23,762 nt of DNA. Origin: Tubiluchus corallicola (lineage: Eukaryota; Animalia; Priapulida). A program made the position numbers and the translations under genes. The first letter of the stretch is position 1. Every line of letters begins with the position of its first letter. The notes below the pieces were generated by a model. It worked only from the letters and a program-made list of their open reading frames with translations. It searched no databases and was not told the DNA's origin. The DNA is taken from NCBI GenBank assembly GCA_030141605.1, contig JAQGDQ010001834.1, positions 1 through 23,762 of the forward strand, given 5' to 3'. This document shows, one piece after another, positions 21,055-23,762 of the stretch.

Positions 21055-22149
21055 TTAGCTTTGTAAAGCTGCTTGACGTTGTTGTTGAAGGCGCTGTATG
21101 TGAGCTTCCTGTTGGGCTTTCATCTTTCGCTCCATCTCCGACTTCTGCCGTAGCAGAGTCTCCAACGACTCCGCGTAAGTCGACTGCTTGCTCGGACTCG
21201 GCTGAGGAGCCGATGGCCTGCTTGGACTCGGCTGAGGAATCGCCGGCCTGCTAGGACTCGGCTGAGGAACCGACGGCCTGCTTGGACTCGGCTGAGCAAT
21301 GGATGGCCTGCCCGGACTTATTGACGCTGGCTGATGCATTCCGCTTAGCATGGAAGATCTTTGCGGAGAAGGTGGAGGCATGCGCGAAGCCATGCTAGCA
21401 CTCAGTGGGTTGGAGAGGCGCTGCAACAGCTGTGAGTTGTGTCTGGCTTGCTGTTGCTGCATCCTGGGATCAATGTTCTGCTGGTTTCGTGGCAACATCT
21501 GGATCTGCTGCATTGATTGTTGCTGCTTTGCTTGCTGTGCTGCTGCCTGTATTTGTTTTGCTATCTGCTGTTGCTGGTGTTGTTGCTGCTTCATTTGCAT
21601 TTGCTGTTGGTGTTGTTGCTGCTGTTGCTGCTGCTGCTGCATCTGATTATGTTGGTGGTGTTGCAGATGTTGCTGCTGCTGCTGTATTTGTTGCTGTTGT
21701 TGCTGAACGTGATGTCCCGGTTCTTGGCGACTCACATTAACCGAGACGGATGGTTCGCTCGTCTGATTCACAAAACTAGGATTTGAGTTGTTATCACCAC
21801 TGCCAGATGAACTGCTAGTAGGCGGGCGGGAAACAGTCGGCTTTGCGTAACTCTGGTAAACCTGATTGTCCACAATCAACATCCCAAGATTTTGTATTTG
21901 TTGATTCAAAAATGCAGCTTCGTAAAAGAAACGGATATCCACCTTGTGGTGCGGATTCGGAACTTCGCATCGAGAGCGCAGAACATTTCTCAGTTGGTTT
22001 TGTATAACATGTTTACTGTATAAGAGCGCAGAATCGGTGCCAGTAAGCAAAGCGTGCTGGGCGAACTGCATACAATACTCTAGCTGCACAGAGAGCTCCA
22101 TCAACTGATCTTTCTTTGTAGTCAGCTGCGATTTCTTGTTGTTACAAAC
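21055..22149 (-). CDS. TRIM33: TIF1-family TRIM, exon 7 (inverted relative to exons 1-5): end of the coiled-coil, poly-Q and Pro/Ser repeat region
   Basis: Minus-strand acceptor TTTTTATTTGCTTAG| at 22150. VCNKKSQLTTKKDQLMELSVQLEYCMQFAQHALLTGTDSALLYSKHVIQNQLRNVLRSRCE...IRF...NLGMLIVD matches TIF1 'ALLYSK..I..QLR..L..RC...IRF...NLG.L'. No good donor precedes the TAA at 21057-21055, which probably arises at the inversion junction. Confidence 0.88.
   Translation of the reverse strand, partial: VCNNKKSQLTTKKDQLMELSVQLEYCMQFAQHALLTGTDSALLYSKHVIQNQLRNVLRSRCEVPNPHHKVDIRFFYEAAFLNQQIQNLGMLIVDNQVYQSYAKPTVSRPPTSSSSGSGDNNSNPSFVNQTSEPSVSVNVSRQEPGHHVQQQQQQIQQQQQHLQHHQHNQMQQQQQQQQQHQQQMQMKQQQHQQQQIAKQIQAAAQQAKQQQSMQQIQMLPRNQQNIDPRMQQQQARHNSQLLQRLSNPLSASMASRMPPPSPQRSSMLSGMHQPASISPGRPSIAQPSPSRPSVPQPSPSRPAIPQPSPSRPSAPQPSPSKQSTYAESLETLLRQKSEMERKMKAQQEAHIQRLQQQRQAALQS
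21186..21320 (-). repeat. Coding minisatellite, about 4.5 x 30 bp, encoding (PQ)PSPSRP(S/A)x
   Basis: On +, GCCTGCT(T/A)GGACTCGGCTGAG recurs with period 30. Confidence 0.9.
21500..21706 (-). repeat. CAG/CAA-rich poly-glutamine coding tract
   Basis: QQQQQQIQQQQQHLQHHQHNQMQQQQQQQQQHQQQ... within exon 7. Confidence 0.9.
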
Positions 22150-23373
22150 CTAAGCAAATAAAAAGATGCAAAAAAAGTTACACACTTTGAAGCCAATCAA
22201 CTTGCCAACAAAAGACAAGAAGCTGTTCTAATTTACAAAAATTAGTCAGTTTCATTTGAAAATTATCAACCTGGCTTCAGTTCAAGCCGCTTATAATTTC
22301 CACTTGTGCTGGAAACTTCAGCCTGTTGATGCTACTCTAACTTTATGACTGTATAAAGAGCAACTTTGCAGCTTTGTCCGAGTCAACCAGTACAAACAAA
22401 GTAAGCGAAAAATAATCTTTGCAACACATTAGCCACAGGTATTTAATTTTGTATGACTGCAAAATCACGCAACACATAATGTAAATATTTGCAGCTATTG
22501 CTAATTGTAGAAAATCTACAAATTATGCTCGCTCGACACAAGAAAACCCTCCACTTACATAAAGCTTAAAAAATTCGTCTTGAAATTTTATACCACTTAC
22601 ATACTACCTTTTCGTACGCATGGCTTGCATCGGCCGTAACGCTGTATAAAACTTGTAAATTTAAACTCCCGTGATGACTGTTAGACGCAGCCATTTTGAT
22701 GGTAGGTTCTTTGAAACAAGTTTAGATAACATTTAAATAAAGTTTGAAAAAATAATCAGAGCATTCGTAGCATACATGTTGCTAATTAAGTAAAATTTTA
22801 AATTACTGCATCTTGACAATAAGATTAAAAATACGTTTTTGGTTAGTGAGTGGCGCACCCTGCAGGGCGAGTCAACGACATTTTACCAATTGTCATAAAC
22901 ATTTAAATTAAATTTTAAAGTAATATAGATTTGCACGGAAAGTGTTTTGGGTCATAATCTAGCATTTGCTTTTCTTCCCCTGATTTACGTGGCGTAGTGA
23001 CGTCATGTAATGGCGCCGTCGGAACAGTATTGCGAGAGATTTAAAATGAAAAAAACAAAAATTCCTTTCAACTCGAATACGATATGTGCATAAAATTGCT
23101 GTAAAGTAGTATAATTTTTTAAGGCGATTTTTCTGAAACCTACTTCAGTGCCCTTTTTCTTGTCCTTTAAGCAGAAAACACAAAATGAAACTTTCTTATT
23201 AATAATAGCAATCCATATATATCTAAGTATGAAGAAGTTTGGAAAGCTAGAATAAATCTTTAATGCTGACAATATGAAATATAAATGTGAAAGTTTACTC
23301 ATCTATTTACAGTCGTGTTTGACGGTGCTGCCACCTTTCAACACTGATTTATGAGACCTTTAATGCTACATAC

Positions 23374-23484
23374 CATATTCAAATCGTTTAGCAGTAATTT
23401 GCCCCGCTTGTTTATTTCTGTGATGAACTTTACAGCAAACATTTTGATGTCATTGACAACACTAACTTCTCTGTCAGAAATCTC
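23374..23484 (-). CDS. TRIM33: TIF1-family TRIM, exon 6 (inverted): middle of the coiled-coil; absent from the ORF track
   Basis: Minus strand CCTTTACTGTAG|GAG...ATG|GTATGT; 111 nt, phase 0/0. EISDREVSVVNDIKMFAVKFITEINKRGKLLLNDLNM matches TIF1 'V...IK.....I.EINK.GK.LL..L' and fills exactly the gap between exons 5 and 7. Confidence 0.9.
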
Positions 23485-23588
23485 CTACAGTAAAGGAATA
23501 AACAATAACAACCATAATAATAATAATAACAACCATTACATACACCACAAGTCGTGCCATATAATTCAAAAACCATATAATCATAAAA

Positions 23589-23752
23589 CTAAACTAAAAG
23601 AACTCAGTAGAGTGCAGAGTGCCAGAAAGGGCATTTTTGCCCCTGTTCCTCCTAATGGCCCAGATCAACACTTAAATTTAATGCGCTCAACCTTGCCCCG
23701 GAAATTTATTAAAGGAAAACCGGACGATTGTTTAGAGTCAATTTTGTTTTAA
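23589..23752 (+). CDS. Probable continuation of TRIM exon 7 beyond the right inversion breakpoint
   Basis: Open frame (T)KLKELSRVQSARKGIFAPVPPNGPDQHLNLMRSTLPRKFIKG..., with higher GC than the flanks and no acceptor in front. It joins exon 7 in frame if 21060..23588 is flipped. The 3' end is uncertain. Confidence 0.5.
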
Positions 23753-23762
23753 TTTATTGTCC

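Noticed and set aside
21350-21786. Plus-strand Cys-, Ala/Val- and Leu-rich ORFs (98, 111 and 89 aa)
   Set aside because: Antisense shadows of the CAG/CAA poly-Q tract of TRIM exon 7.
21055-22104. Independent single-exon minus-strand gene of 349 aa
   Set aside because: It begins mid coiled-coil behind a clear acceptor and is continuous with exon 6 and the plus-strand TRIM exons.
22998-23005. CRE site TGACGTCA and nearby GCCATTTT (YY1-like) motifs as a promoter for the inverted exons
   Set aside because: They lie between exons 6 and 7, so they cannot drive an exon 6-7 transcript. Such short motifs also occur often in repeats.
23351-23588. N-terminal part of the 133-aa plus ORF
   Set aside because: Antisense to TRIM exon 6 and an (AAT/AAC)n tract. 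Only the part after ~23589 looks coding.

Overview
AT-rich eukaryotic (invertebrate animal) genomic DNA with spliceosomal GT-AG introns; it is not prokaryotic. It holds two protein-coding genes. (1) A complete sorting nexin-13 gene (TM-PXA-RGS-PX-PXC) on +, with 4 coding exons, join(3596..4963,5887..6024,7874..7989,9066..10344), 966 aa. (2) A TIF1-family TRIM gene (TRIM24/33/bonus-like RING, B-box1, B-box2, coiled-coil, Q-rich) whose exons 1-5 lie on + (13097..20860), while exons 6 and 7 lie on the minus strand in reversed order (23484..23374, then 22149..~21060). What looks like the rest of exon 7 resumes on + at ~23589. The simplest reading is a ~2.5 kb intragenic inversion (~21060..23588); whether it is a real allele, a regulated rearrangement or an assembly artefact cannot be decided from sequence alone. 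A second pattern is repeated tandem duplication at or across 3' splice sites (24, 92, 82 and 81/82 bp units). Introns and intergenic DNA carry an RTE-like LINE remnant, a hAT-type MITE with a nested TGT..ACA element, three pogo/Tigger-like MITEs, a tRNA-derived SINE and microsatellites.
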